Part shown: piece by piece, positions 33,229 to 40,964 of the stretch
Layout: every line of letters starts with the position of its first letter
Numbering within the stretch: the stretch's first letter is position 1
IMG/VR virus record: IMGVR_UViG_3300046060_000019
Coordinates: 1-47,161 of that record
DNA: 47,161 bases
Reading direction: 5' to 3' (one strand)
Source: a virus
Program-made: the position numbers and the translations under genes
The notes under the pieces: model-generated
The model's input: the letters and a program-made list of their open reading frames with translations, nothing else
What the model was told of the DNA's origin: nothing
Database searches by the model: none

Positions 33229-33504
33229 CTATTCGTCTTCGTCGTCGCGCTCGGGAATCACCATGTCGGTGTCGTCGGCGTCAGGTGGCGGCTGTTCGTC
33301 CTTCAGGTCGTCGTAATCCTTTCGGTGGCGGTCCCGCTCGTACTCGGCTATGTCCACGGCGTCGGCGTCGCCCATAGGACAGTCGGCTTCGTGGTCGTCC
33401 TCGTTGGCTATCAGCCGGTCGCACTCGGGACACGACGGCGGGTCCGGTTCGTTCCATGGGGCGTTCGGGTCGCCGGGACCCGTCCCCGGTGGGTATCCGC
33501 CCAT
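33229..33504 (-). CDS. Acidic zinc-binding protein (91 aa)
   Basis: CPECD...HEADCP. Confidence 0.55.
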   Translation of the reverse strand: MGGYPPGTGPGDPNAPWNEPDPPSCPECDRLIANEDDHEADCPMGDADAVDIAEYERDRHRKDYDDLKDEQPPPDADDTDMVIPERDDEDE

Positions 33505-33506
33505 GG

Positions 33507-33857
33507 TCAGGCGTCACCCTGTTCGGACGGCTTCAGCACGTCGGGACGGACTTCGTGGCCCACTATCTCGCCGTCACCACGGACGACAAGGTGACCGACG
33601 TGGGTGGTCGTCCCCGACTTCAGTCTTCGGCGGTCAACCTTCGGCCCAAAGTGTTCTTCCACGTACTCGGTCCACTTGTCGCTGTCAATCCCAAACACGG
33701 CCCCGAGCGACCACCCCGCCGTGTCTTCATGTCGCGGGTGGTCGTACCAGTTGACCTTCCGGGTGACCGTTTCGTCGTCGTCCATGTCGGATAGCGTCGG
33801 AAGGCCCGCCATGGTCCCGGTCACGTCTTCGGCCAACCGTTCGGCGTCGTCGGTCAT
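33507..33857 (-). CDS. Hypothetical protein (116 aa)
   Basis: Track ORF with a TGACCATG junction. Confidence 0.55.
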   Translation of the reverse strand: MTDDAERLAEDVTGTMAGLPTLSDMDDDETVTRKVNWYDHPRHEDTAGWSLGAVFGIDSDKWTEYVEEHFGPKVDRRRLKSGTTTHVGHLVVRGDGEIVGHEVRPDVLKPSEQGDA

Positions 33858-33859
33858 GG

Positions 33860-34273
33860 TCAGTTCCCGTTTTCGTGCGGGTTCGGGGCCGGGTCCAGTT
33901 CGCCCGATACGAGCATTTCAACGAAGTCGTCCATCGTAAACCAGCCGTTCAGCGGGTTCAGCGGGTGTCCTTCGTCGGGGTGAATCCCGTCGGGGTACAC
34001 CAGTGCGACTTCGCCGTCACCAAAGCCGTCGTCGTCCCGATAGTCGCTGTTCGGGCGGTAGCTGACGCCGTCGAACAGGAACACGTCGCCGTCGTACCGG
34101 AAGAACGTCTTCCCGGCTTCCATGGTCACTGTCGCGCCGGTCCGGTCTGACGACGGGCCGGGCGTGGTGATTGTTCGGTAACTGTTCGGCTGTTCGGCGT
34201 GGTCAGTGGTGACGCGAAGTTGAATCTTGTTTCCAAGAATTCCGACCACGTCACCGGGGTTGTGGTCAACCAT
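33860..34273 (-). CDS. Hypothetical protein (137 aa)
   Basis: Track ORF, preceded by a class B leader. Confidence 0.55.
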   Translation of the reverse strand: MVDHNPGDVVGILGNKIQLRVTTDHAEQPNSYRTITTPGPSSDRTGATVTMEAGKTFFRYDGDVFLFDGVSYRPNSDYRDDDGFGDGEVALVYPDGIHPDEGHPLNPLNGWFTMDDFVEMLVSGELDPAPNPHENGN

Positions 34274-34281
34274 AGGTCGTT

Positions 34282-34335
34282 CAACACCGTTTGCGCCCGG
34301 TGTCAGGGCGACCGTCCCGCCACGAACGAGCGTGA
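34282..34335 (-). promoter_or_regulatory. Class B conserved leader
   Basis: The minus strand reads TTCACGCTCGTTCGTGGCGGGACGGTCGCCCTGACACCGGGCGCAAACGGTGTTGAACGACCT then ATG. Confidence 0.55.
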
Positions 34336-34371
34336 AGCCCGCCGTGACGGTTAGACGGATAACGCCGCTGT

Positions 34372-34503
34372 TCAGTCCTTCGACTGGGCCACGCCGTCAA
34401 AGGTGTTGACTGAACAGCCGCCGTTCGGACACGTTACGTCAGTGTCACCATAGTCGGCGTGAAGCGCCGTCTGACAGTTAGGACAGTAGGTCAGCACTGT
34501 CAC
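34372..34503 (-). CDS. Mini zinc-ribbon protein (43 aa, GTG start)
   Basis: (M)TVLTYCPNCQTALHADYGDTDVTCPNGGCSVNTFDGVAQSKD, with a GTGA overlap with the upstream stop. Confidence 0.4.
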   Translation of the reverse strand: MTVLTYCPNCQTALHADYGDTDVTCPNGGCSVNTFDGVAQSKD

Positions 34504-34625
34504 CAGCCCCGTGGACCCTTCCCGTCCATGGCGGCGTCCGCACGTTCATGGTCACGGAACCGCGGCGCGGGGTTGTTCTTCGCCTGTTCGTTAGCCGTCG
34601 GAACGTCGTTAGTCTCGTTGGTCAT
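34500..34625 (-). CDS. Small hypothetical protein (41 aa)
   Basis: MTNETNDVPTANEQAKNNPAPRFRDHERADAAMDGKGPRGW, with an ATGA overlap with the upstream stop. Confidence 0.35.
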   Translation of the reverse strand: MTNETNDVPTANEQAKNNPAPRFRDHERADAAMDGKGPRGW

Positions 34626-34945
34626 GGTCGGCGGCGGTTGAAGAACTGAAGGTCAAACCCGAAGTGGGGTTCCACCGTCCAGTTCTCGTTTCTGAAGCCG
34701 GTGACTTCCGGGTCGCTGACGCGCCCCAGTTCGCCCGTGAACAGGCTTTCGCCGCCGGTCAGGTGAACAGCCCACTTGTACGGGCCGCCTTCCCATGCGA
34801 CGCCCCACGCGCCGTTCTCGCGGGGATTGTCTTCGGGCCGGTACAAGTGGGCGTCGGCGTCCAGTTCTTCGGTCAGGTACTTGTGAAGGCGTTTCGCCGC
34901 GCTCGCCGCTGTCTCGTATTCGCTTAGGTCCAGTGGGTCGGACAT
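34622..34945 (-). CDS. Hypothetical protein (107 aa)
   Basis: Track ORF. Confidence 0.55.
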   Translation of the reverse strand: MSDPLDLSEYETAASAAKRLHKYLTEELDADAHLYRPEDNPRENGAWGVAWEGGPYKWAVHLTGGESLFTGELGRVSDPEVTGFRNENWTVEPHFGFDLQFFNRRRP

Positions 34946-35046
34946 GGGCAGTGTCGAAGGGGCGCTTCAAGGTCGTACTCGTTTAGGTCGTCGCGTTGCT
35001 GGAAGGGTTCGTCAACGGCGTCGGGGTAAGTCTCGTTGTCGTACAT
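34924..35046 (-). CDS. Small acidic protein (40 aa)
   Basis: MYDNETYPDAVDEPFQQRDDLNEYDLEAPL... It fills an otherwise empty 106-nt gap and overlaps the next gene by 22 nt. Confidence 0.3.
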   Translation of the reverse strand: MYDNETYPDAVDEPFQQRDDLNEYDLEAPLRHCPCPTHWT

Positions 35047-35051
35047 GCGAA

Positions 35052-35441
35052 TCACCGAACAAGTCGGTACGTCAGCCGGGGAAGTTCGTCGTCGTCCAGT
35101 TCGTCAGCGTCCATGTCGTTGTCCAGTTCACCGGATTCCAGAACGTTCACCTTCAGTCCAGCGTGTCCAGCGATAGCGGACACGTCGGTGGGAATTGAAC
35201 GCTTCCCGGGTTCCTGAACCACGGTGACGGCGTACAGAACGCCGTCTTCGTTCTGGAACACCGGGGTCAATTCTATGGATTCAATCGGCCCCATAGACCC
35301 GCCTTTCTCGTTCAGAATGGCGTTTCGTGCGGCCACCAGCCCAATTTCAGGCTGGAATTCGTCGGGGAAACTGTCTCGGTCGGTTCGCGCTTCGTTGACG
35401 TACTGTTCAAATTCGTCGGCTTCGACAGTATGCGATAGCAT
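35052..35441 (-). CDS. Hypothetical acidic protein (129 aa), the first gene after the large non-coding region
   Basis: Track ORF 35052..35750 trimmed to the ATG at 35441 (MLSHTVEADEF...). The basic N-terminal part of the track ORF lies in the structured non-coding DNA. Confidence 0.55.
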   Translation of the reverse strand: MLSHTVEADEFEQYVNEARTDRDSFPDEFQPEIGLVAARNAILNEKGGSMGPIESIELTPVFQNEDGVLYAVTVVQEPGKRSIPTDVSAIAGHAGLKVNVLESGELDNDMDADELDDDELPRLTYRLVR

Positions 35442-35474
35442 GGCTGTTTCTCGGCGCTGACGTGGCCGCTGACG

Positions 35475-35530
35475 GACACCAGTTGTCCATGGTGTCAGTG
35501 GAACCGTCCCGTCACGAAACGAGCATGGAC
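35475..35530 (-). promoter_or_regulatory. Class B conserved leader
   Basis: The minus strand reads CATGCTCGTTTCGTGACGGGACGGTTCCACTGACACCATGGACAACTGGTGTC (7-bp hairpin GACACCA/TGGTGTC). Confidence 0.5.
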
Positions 35531-36373
35531 GCCGTTCGTCCAGTGGCCCATGTCGTGACGGTTTGACGGTAGAATGAACTAACGCACGCGACGCTTCCCG
35601 ATTCAGGGCGTTGTCCTTTCGGGAAGCGAACGGCCCAGTCGCCTGTAACAGCGTGAAGGCCATTCCACGACACCGGGTGAAGTTCCGCCTTTCGTGGGCG
35701 TTCCACTTCGACCGGACCCGACGGTCCGCGCTGGGGGTGGCGTCAGTCACCGTGCGGGGGCGCTGTCCCGCGTCGGCGTCGTTTCTCTCGTCGCCGCGTG
35801 GCCCCGTTCGACTGGGGTGTGAACCACGCGGCTGGACTGGTGTCCCCCGTCACCCGCTCGCGCCGAAGCGCGTCGGTACACTGGGGTGTCTCGGGGCGTG
35901 ACGCCCGAAGGAACCAGCGGGACCGCCTGTCGTCGCCCCCGAGTGGTCGAACGGCCCAGCATGGCCGTGGGTCCCGCACTCGGGGGAACCGCCGTGAATT
36001 GTGGCCGCACGGCGGAACGGGGGCGAACAGGTGAACGCTCGTCAGGCAGGGGGCGCGTCAGCGCCCCGATACATGACACCCTTTCGAGAGTAGCCACTTA
36101 TATCTTTCCCAATTGTTCCACTGGGCGTATTAGGGTTAGTCACAAGAGCGGATTACCGGCCCGTTCCACCGACCGGCGTATGACAGGCGAAAGCGGTTAG
36201 GCGGTGAATAATCCGCCGTTCAGCGTCTTAGTAACCTAATAATCAAGTGCCACCGGGCCGTCGAACCCAGTGCGGGCGGCGGCGGTGAACGCTTGTCAGG
36301 CAACACCTTTCGTCCCGTGAACGCGGACGAACTCTTGCCGCCACCCCCAATTCAGAATCAGACAGCGACCGCG
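35531..36373. other. ~840-nt non-coding, highly structured control region (candidate origin and/or large ncRNA)
   Basis: There is no acidic ORF. Tetraloop-capped GC helices lie at 35859..35872, 35593..35627, 36050..36067 and 36200..36217. An 18-mer repeat occurs at 36031 and 36285. An AT-rich core at 36085..36250 carries an ORB-like box. Confidence 0.6.
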
Positions 36374-38098
36374 TCAGACAATCCTGACGTTCTCGTATGT
36401 CTCGCCGTTCTCGGCGGACACATTCACTGTCCCGTCGTCGTTGACCGCCGTGACTTCGCCCACGACCGGGTCAAACCCACCCACGACATTAGAACCGCCG
36501 CTGGTGGCGGAATTTCGGCGCTGGATAATCTGATTCACCGCCGCCTGTCCGATAGATTCCGTGGCCGTCGGACGTTTGGTCCCGAATTCCACGTTCGTCT
36601 TCGCTTCGTCCGGGGCCACCTGATATTCCACTTTCTGAACAGTGAAGGTGTTGTCCGTCACTTTTTGCGGAATCCCGCGGCTGGGGTAATATATTTCAGC
36701 CCGGTCGCCGGGGCGAACGTCCATTATTCCGGCGACTGGGGCGGTTCCGCTGACGCTCGTTCGGTACGCCTTATCAAATACGTCATGGGCGACAGCCAAC
36801 GCCTGATACCAACCCGTAATCTGGGGGTCCGACACACTGGTGGCGCGAAGGTCTATTTCGTCTATGTCGTTGATTCCCCCAGCGAGACTATCCTTCCACT
36901 TCCATGTGTATTTGTCACTGGTATCGGTGGGGAACACCCCTTTTTCATGGGGATTTTCGTAGCCCCACATAGTGTAAACAGACCCGTTATACGCCCATGT
37001 CCAGACATTCACGCCGCCCTGACCGGAAACCTGAACGTAGTTCTTCACGCCGTCTATATTCCGCTTCGCTATCGGTCGGATTACATTCTGACCTTCAGTG
37101 AATGTGTACCGACTGGGTTTGCGGGTCTGTTCCGGGCGAACAACGAGCGTGTCCGTGCTATCCCTGACGAAGTATTCCCACGGCGTCCCCCCGTCCAGCG
37201 ATTGAATATAAGAGATAATACGGTTAAGAAAGTCCCGGGTAGAATAATCCTGTTGGGCGCTGAAGTTCCAGTCGTTCTCTACATAATTGTATATATTAGC
37301 CGATAGCGCCACAGTCGCGGACCCGGTCAGGTCAGGAACGTTCGTGTTGATACTGTTCACTTCCGCCCACAACTGATTCCCACCAGACAGCGCCAAATTC
37401 ACGGCGTTGGTCCCGTAAGCTTCAACAGGGCCGTCACCCGGTGGAAGGTCCAGTGACGCTTTGACAGTGTTTCCGTCAGCGTCCGCCCCGGTTATATCCA
37501 GCGTGTACGTCGCGCCCGTGTTGTTCTCGTAACCGTCAATCCGAAGCTCGGCCTGTTTCCCCCGGTTGTCGTTGACAGTTTCGTGTTGGTCGAAGGTATC
37601 AGAATTTGCGTCGAAGCGTCCGTAGTGGGAAACGGTGACCATTCCGAAGTCGGTTGCTTCCGAGAACAGGCCGTATTCGGCCTTTGCGGCGTCAGCGTCA
37701 TACGAGATACCCCGGATTTTGGACGGTCCCGTGTCCACGACGCCGTCAATAACGTCCCAAATGTTGTCTTCGTTGTACCGCCCCACCACCGTGCTGTCGT
37801 CCAGACGGCCTTCAGGCGTCCGTGCGTCCAGCGTGACGACGGGTTCCGTGTCGTCGTCGTCCACGTCGTCCACGAAGCCGCTGAATACCACGGTGTCGTT
37901 TCCGTCGGTCAGCGTCACGTCTATGTCCGCTTGTTCTTCCAGCGCGTGCGGGCGCTGACTGGTATCCAGTTTGACGGTGACGCTGTTCGGGTTTCCTTGT
38001 TCTCGCGTGTACGTTATTTCAATTACGTCACCAGAAACGTCGCCTTCAGGGCTGACGGTGACAGTCCAGTCAACCGAGTACGCTTGTGTGGCGGACAT
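36374..38098 (-). CDS. Tail tip / baseplate protein candidate (574 aa)
   Basis: It is the last gene of the tail module. The N-terminal pattern (VDWTVTVSPEGDVSGDVIEITY...VVFSGFVDDVD) resembles hub or Tal-type N-domains. Confidence 0.45.
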   Translation of the reverse strand: MSATQAYSVDWTVTVSPEGDVSGDVIEITYTREQGNPNSVTVKLDTSQRPHALEEQADIDVTLTDGNDTVVFSGFVDDVDDDDTEPVVTLDARTPEGRLDDSTVVGRYNEDNIWDVIDGVVDTGPSKIRGISYDADAAKAEYGLFSEATDFGMVTVSHYGRFDANSDTFDQHETVNDNRGKQAELRIDGYENNTGATYTLDITGADADGNTVKASLDLPPGDGPVEAYGTNAVNLALSGGNQLWAEVNSINTNVPDLTGSATVALSANIYNYVENDWNFSAQQDYSTRDFLNRIISYIQSLDGGTPWEYFVRDSTDTLVVRPEQTRKPSRYTFTEGQNVIRPIAKRNIDGVKNYVQVSGQGGVNVWTWAYNGSVYTMWGYENPHEKGVFPTDTSDKYTWKWKDSLAGGINDIDEIDLRATSVSDPQITGWYQALAVAHDVFDKAYRTSVSGTAPVAGIMDVRPGDRAEIYYPSRGIPQKVTDNTFTVQKVEYQVAPDEAKTNVEFGTKRPTATESIGQAAVNQIIQRRNSATSGGSNVVGGFDPVVGEVTAVNDDGTVNVSAENGETYENVRIV

Positions 38099-38121
38099 GG
38101 TGGTTGTTCAGTCCCCAGCGT

Positions 38122-38910
38122 TCAGGTCATACTAAGCGTCCACGTCACCTGAAGTTCCTGACTGGACGTTTTATCTATCGTTGGCGACACTACTGTTCGG
38201 TTCAGCATATCGCCGTCCACGGCGGCGGTGGGCGGAACGTTGAACAGTCCGGCTTCGGCGATACTGACGTTAGCCTGACCCGTTCCGAAAGACCACTGTC
38301 CGGTAATTTCGACGGCGCTTTCGTCACGGGTATAGAACCCGCTGTCAAGCCCGATACGAGTGTCTTCAGCCAACAGGTTAGTTTGGCTATCGCTGACGCT
38401 CGTTCCGTCAGTACCGACGGCCAACCATTCCCACGGATACCCGTAGTAAGATAAGTCAACAGCCACGTTGTCCGTTCCGCTGGTCGGGGCGCTGTCGAAG
38501 TAAAGGACCCCGTCGAAGTAGTTCACGGCGTAATCCGCGGGAACTGATTGTGACGTACCGCCCACGGTCACGTCGGTGACCTCGCGGATAGGGTGATATG
38601 GGTGGGGAATGTCAAACTGGGTCTTTGACCCGTCACCGCTGAAGGTGACTGTTTGACTGTCAGCGATTCCACCAACGTACTGAAGTAAAGCGTTCTCGCC
38701 TTCGTCCACCGTCGTGTTCAGGCTGACACGCCGGTCCACGTCGCCCGTGCGGGCGTCAGTAAGAACGAAGGTGAATTCACCTCGCCATTTGTCGGAACCG
38801 CCCAGCACGTCGTGGAAACCGTTCTGGGCCTGTTCCTGAAGCCGCTTCCGCTTGTTCTGGATTCCGTTCAGTGCGTTCTGAATCGCCGTCGGTGAAAGTT
38901 CTCGTTCCAT
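38122..38910 (-). CDS. Tail fibre / baseplate component (262 aa)
   Basis: Call is by position in the distal tail module. Confidence 0.4.
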   Translation of the reverse strand: MERELSPTAIQNALNGIQNKRKRLQEQAQNGFHDVLGGSDKWRGEFTFVLTDARTGDVDRRVSLNTTVDEGENALLQYVGGIADSQTVTFSGDGSKTQFDIPHPYHPIREVTDVTVGGTSQSVPADYAVNYFDGVLYFDSAPTSGTDNVAVDLSYYGYPWEWLAVGTDGTSVSDSQTNLLAEDTRIGLDSGFYTRDESAVEITGQWSFGTGQANVSIAEAGLFNVPPTAAVDGDMLNRTVVSPTIDKTSSQELQVTWTLSMT

Positions 38911-38915
38911 GATTA

Positions 38916-39641
38916 TTACTTCCCTGTGGCCTGAAACAGAAAGTCCGCCGTTGACCCGGATGAACCGGCATTATTTATTCGCGCTTCCACGGTGAAGCCG
39001 TCCACCGTGACGTTCGTCGTTCGTATCCACGCGAAGGCCACGGACGTGTCAGACAGCGTGTTCAGCGTCGCCACGACGCTATCAGCCTTCCGTGGGTACG
39101 AGTGGTCGAAAGTATGGTCAACCGTAACGACGCCCGTTACGTCCGTGGCAACCGTACTCGTTGTCCCCGTTTTCTGCCCGGTAATGCTTTCGTAAGAGTG
39201 TTCTTCGGAAAACGCGACGTATTTTCGGAAGTCCTCGGTCCCGGTCACCCCGGACCCGTCGGTGGTCACCTCCCATATTTTCATTACGTACTGACCGGAC
39301 GGTGTGGTCCCGTCTGACGTATATTCAATAGCGGCGTTGTCCGTCCTCGCGTCGTCCACCACTATGAAAATCTCGTTCGTCGTTGACCCGTCCAACGTAA
39401 GGGTCGTCGTGGCGTCCGACCGGACAAAGTGGCCGCCGAAGAATCCGTCCCCAGCCGCCACGTCCACGTCGTAACTGGACCCGGACGTGGTAATGTCGAA
39501 ATGGCCGTCGTGGTACGGGGCGACCACGAAGTCAGCCATACGGTCACCGAGCGAGTGTAATAGACGGTGAAGTTCGCTGTCCAGCGCCGATTCTTCGCTG
39601 AACCCCGACGCTGACCCAGTGGGGTGGACGGTGAACGCCAT
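38916..39641 (-). CDS. Tail fibre / baseplate component (241 aa)
   Basis: Track ORF 38916..39653 (TTG start) trimmed to the ATG at 39641, which lies 36 nt after a class A motif. Confidence 0.45.
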   Translation of the reverse strand: MAFTVHPTGSASGFSEESALDSELHRLLHSLGDRMADFVVAPYHDGHFDITTSGSSYDVDVAAGDGFFGGHFVRSDATTTLTLDGSTTNEIFIVVDDARTDNAAIEYTSDGTTPSGQYVMKIWEVTTDGSGVTGTEDFRKYVAFSEEHSYESITGQKTGTTSTVATDVTGVVTVDHTFDHSYPRKADSVVATLNTLSDTSVAFAWIRTTNVTVDGFTVEARINNAGSSGSTADFLFQATGK

Positions 39642-39677
39642 TACGACGGACAAGCCACCTGTTCCCCTTCAACGAGT

Positions 39678-39688
39678 GTGACGCTGGA
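39678..39688 (-). promoter_or_regulatory. Class A promoter-proximal motif (inside the tail module)
   Basis: gtgacgctgga. The downstream leader is nearly identical to the one at 449..494. Confidence 0.6.
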
Positions 39689-39698
39689 AGCGAAGGGG

Positions 39699-40961
39699 TC
39701 AGCGGTTGTTCACGACACGAACCGATAGACCCGAATACTCGTTAGACAGCCCACCAGTGAAAAACCCGATATGGTCCGTGGACGACCCGGATACGCTAAT
39801 CACCACGTCGGCCCCGACGGGAAGTGTCCACGCCGCGCCGTCCGTGTTTTCGTCAGTCCATTCGTTTGACATACCGCTGGAACTGTAACTGTCGGCGATA
39901 GCGTTTGCGTCGTCCTTCACTACGTACCCGCCGTGGCTACCGGCCTTGAAGTTGAACGACACGCTCGCGTCATACGCAAACCCTTCGCCACCCTGTCCAG
40001 TCTCGCCGTCGTCGTGGGTAATCGCTATATCAACCGATTCAGTTCCGGGGTCAACAACCGTGACACTTGTCGCCAACGTAATCAGATTCGGGTGGTGGGC
40101 CTCGGCGTCATAATAGTCGTACCATGAAGACGTGCCGCTGACAGATAGCGGGGTTATCTCTTTCAGCCCTTCACCCCAGTCCGCGAGAATCTCGGCGTTT
40201 GTCCACTTCACCGTCACGGGTTGGGACGTACCACTAACCCCGGTTCCAAATTCAGTGATTCTTACATAATAGTCCACTTCAGCCGGATAGTCAAACGTTC
40301 GGTCCAGCGTGAACGTATTCGACCCACCAGCTGACAAGGTTGCTGTTTGTTCTGATAGCAGTTGGTCGCTGTCGTTGAAGAATTCCATCTTCACGTCCAC
40401 TGCGGTGGACCCGGGGTTTTCCACCGGCATGGACAGCGTCGTTGCCTCGGTGGGCTTCAGCACATACGGGGACGCCGTTAGAAGACCGGGGCGGACGTTC
40501 ATCCACGTCACTGGAACGACATTAGACTGACTTGCTTGATAGTTGAACGTCCCGGCGTTATCCTTCGTCACGGTCTGGGTGTATTTCACCGTGGAAGCCC
40601 GCTGTATGGTCTTTGTTTCTTCGGCGAACTGATTCTGGTTCTCGCGCCACGGGACGGTGAAGTCGTAGGAATCAGTTTCGTCAGTGTTCGTCACCGGAAG
40701 TTCCAGCGTGACAGTGTCGCCCGCGAATAACAGTTGTTCAGACGGGTTCAGTTCCCCCAGACGAATGTACGAGGGGACGCCTCCGGGGGCCTGACACAAG
40801 TCTTCGGCCACCATGACGACGTTCTGACCCTGTTTCACTCGGGACGGGCCGCGCCCAGATTCCTTGTCGTGGACCACCACGTTGTCGCCCGATTTAACAG
40901 ACGTATCTGACAGGGCTAATTCTTCGCTGACAAGTATTGTTTCTTCACCCTGTTGGACCAT
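39699..40961 (-). CDS. Adhesin-like tail protein with CARDB-like beta-sandwich repeats (420 aa)
   Basis: Segments such as AGDTVTLELPVTNTDETDSYDF and ATTLSMPVENPGSTAVDVKMEFF resemble CARDB-type modules. Confidence 0.4.
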   Translation of the reverse strand: MVQQGEETILVSEELALSDTSVKSGDNVVVHDKESGRGPSRVKQGQNVVMVAEDLCQAPGGVPSYIRLGELNPSEQLLFAGDTVTLELPVTNTDETDSYDFTVPWRENQNQFAEETKTIQRASTVKYTQTVTKDNAGTFNYQASQSNVVPVTWMNVRPGLLTASPYVLKPTEATTLSMPVENPGSTAVDVKMEFFNDSDQLLSEQTATLSAGGSNTFTLDRTFDYPAEVDYYVRITEFGTGVSGTSQPVTVKWTNAEILADWGEGLKEITPLSVSGTSSWYDYYDAEAHHPNLITLATSVTVVDPGTESVDIAITHDDGETGQGGEGFAYDASVSFNFKAGSHGGYVVKDDANAIADSYSSSGMSNEWTDENTDGAAWTLPVGADVVISVSGSSTDHIGFFTGGLSNEYSGLSVRVVNNR

Positions 40962-40964
40962 TGA

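Noticed and set aside
35747-36097. ORFs covering the large non-coding regions: 35747..36097, the N-terminal part of 35052..35750, 20714..21133, 21355..21732 and 21081..21281.
   Set aside because: Their products are basic and Arg/Pro/Thr/Gly-rich with no acidic character. They overlap obvious hairpins and tRNA-like modules and have no coupling to neighbouring genes.
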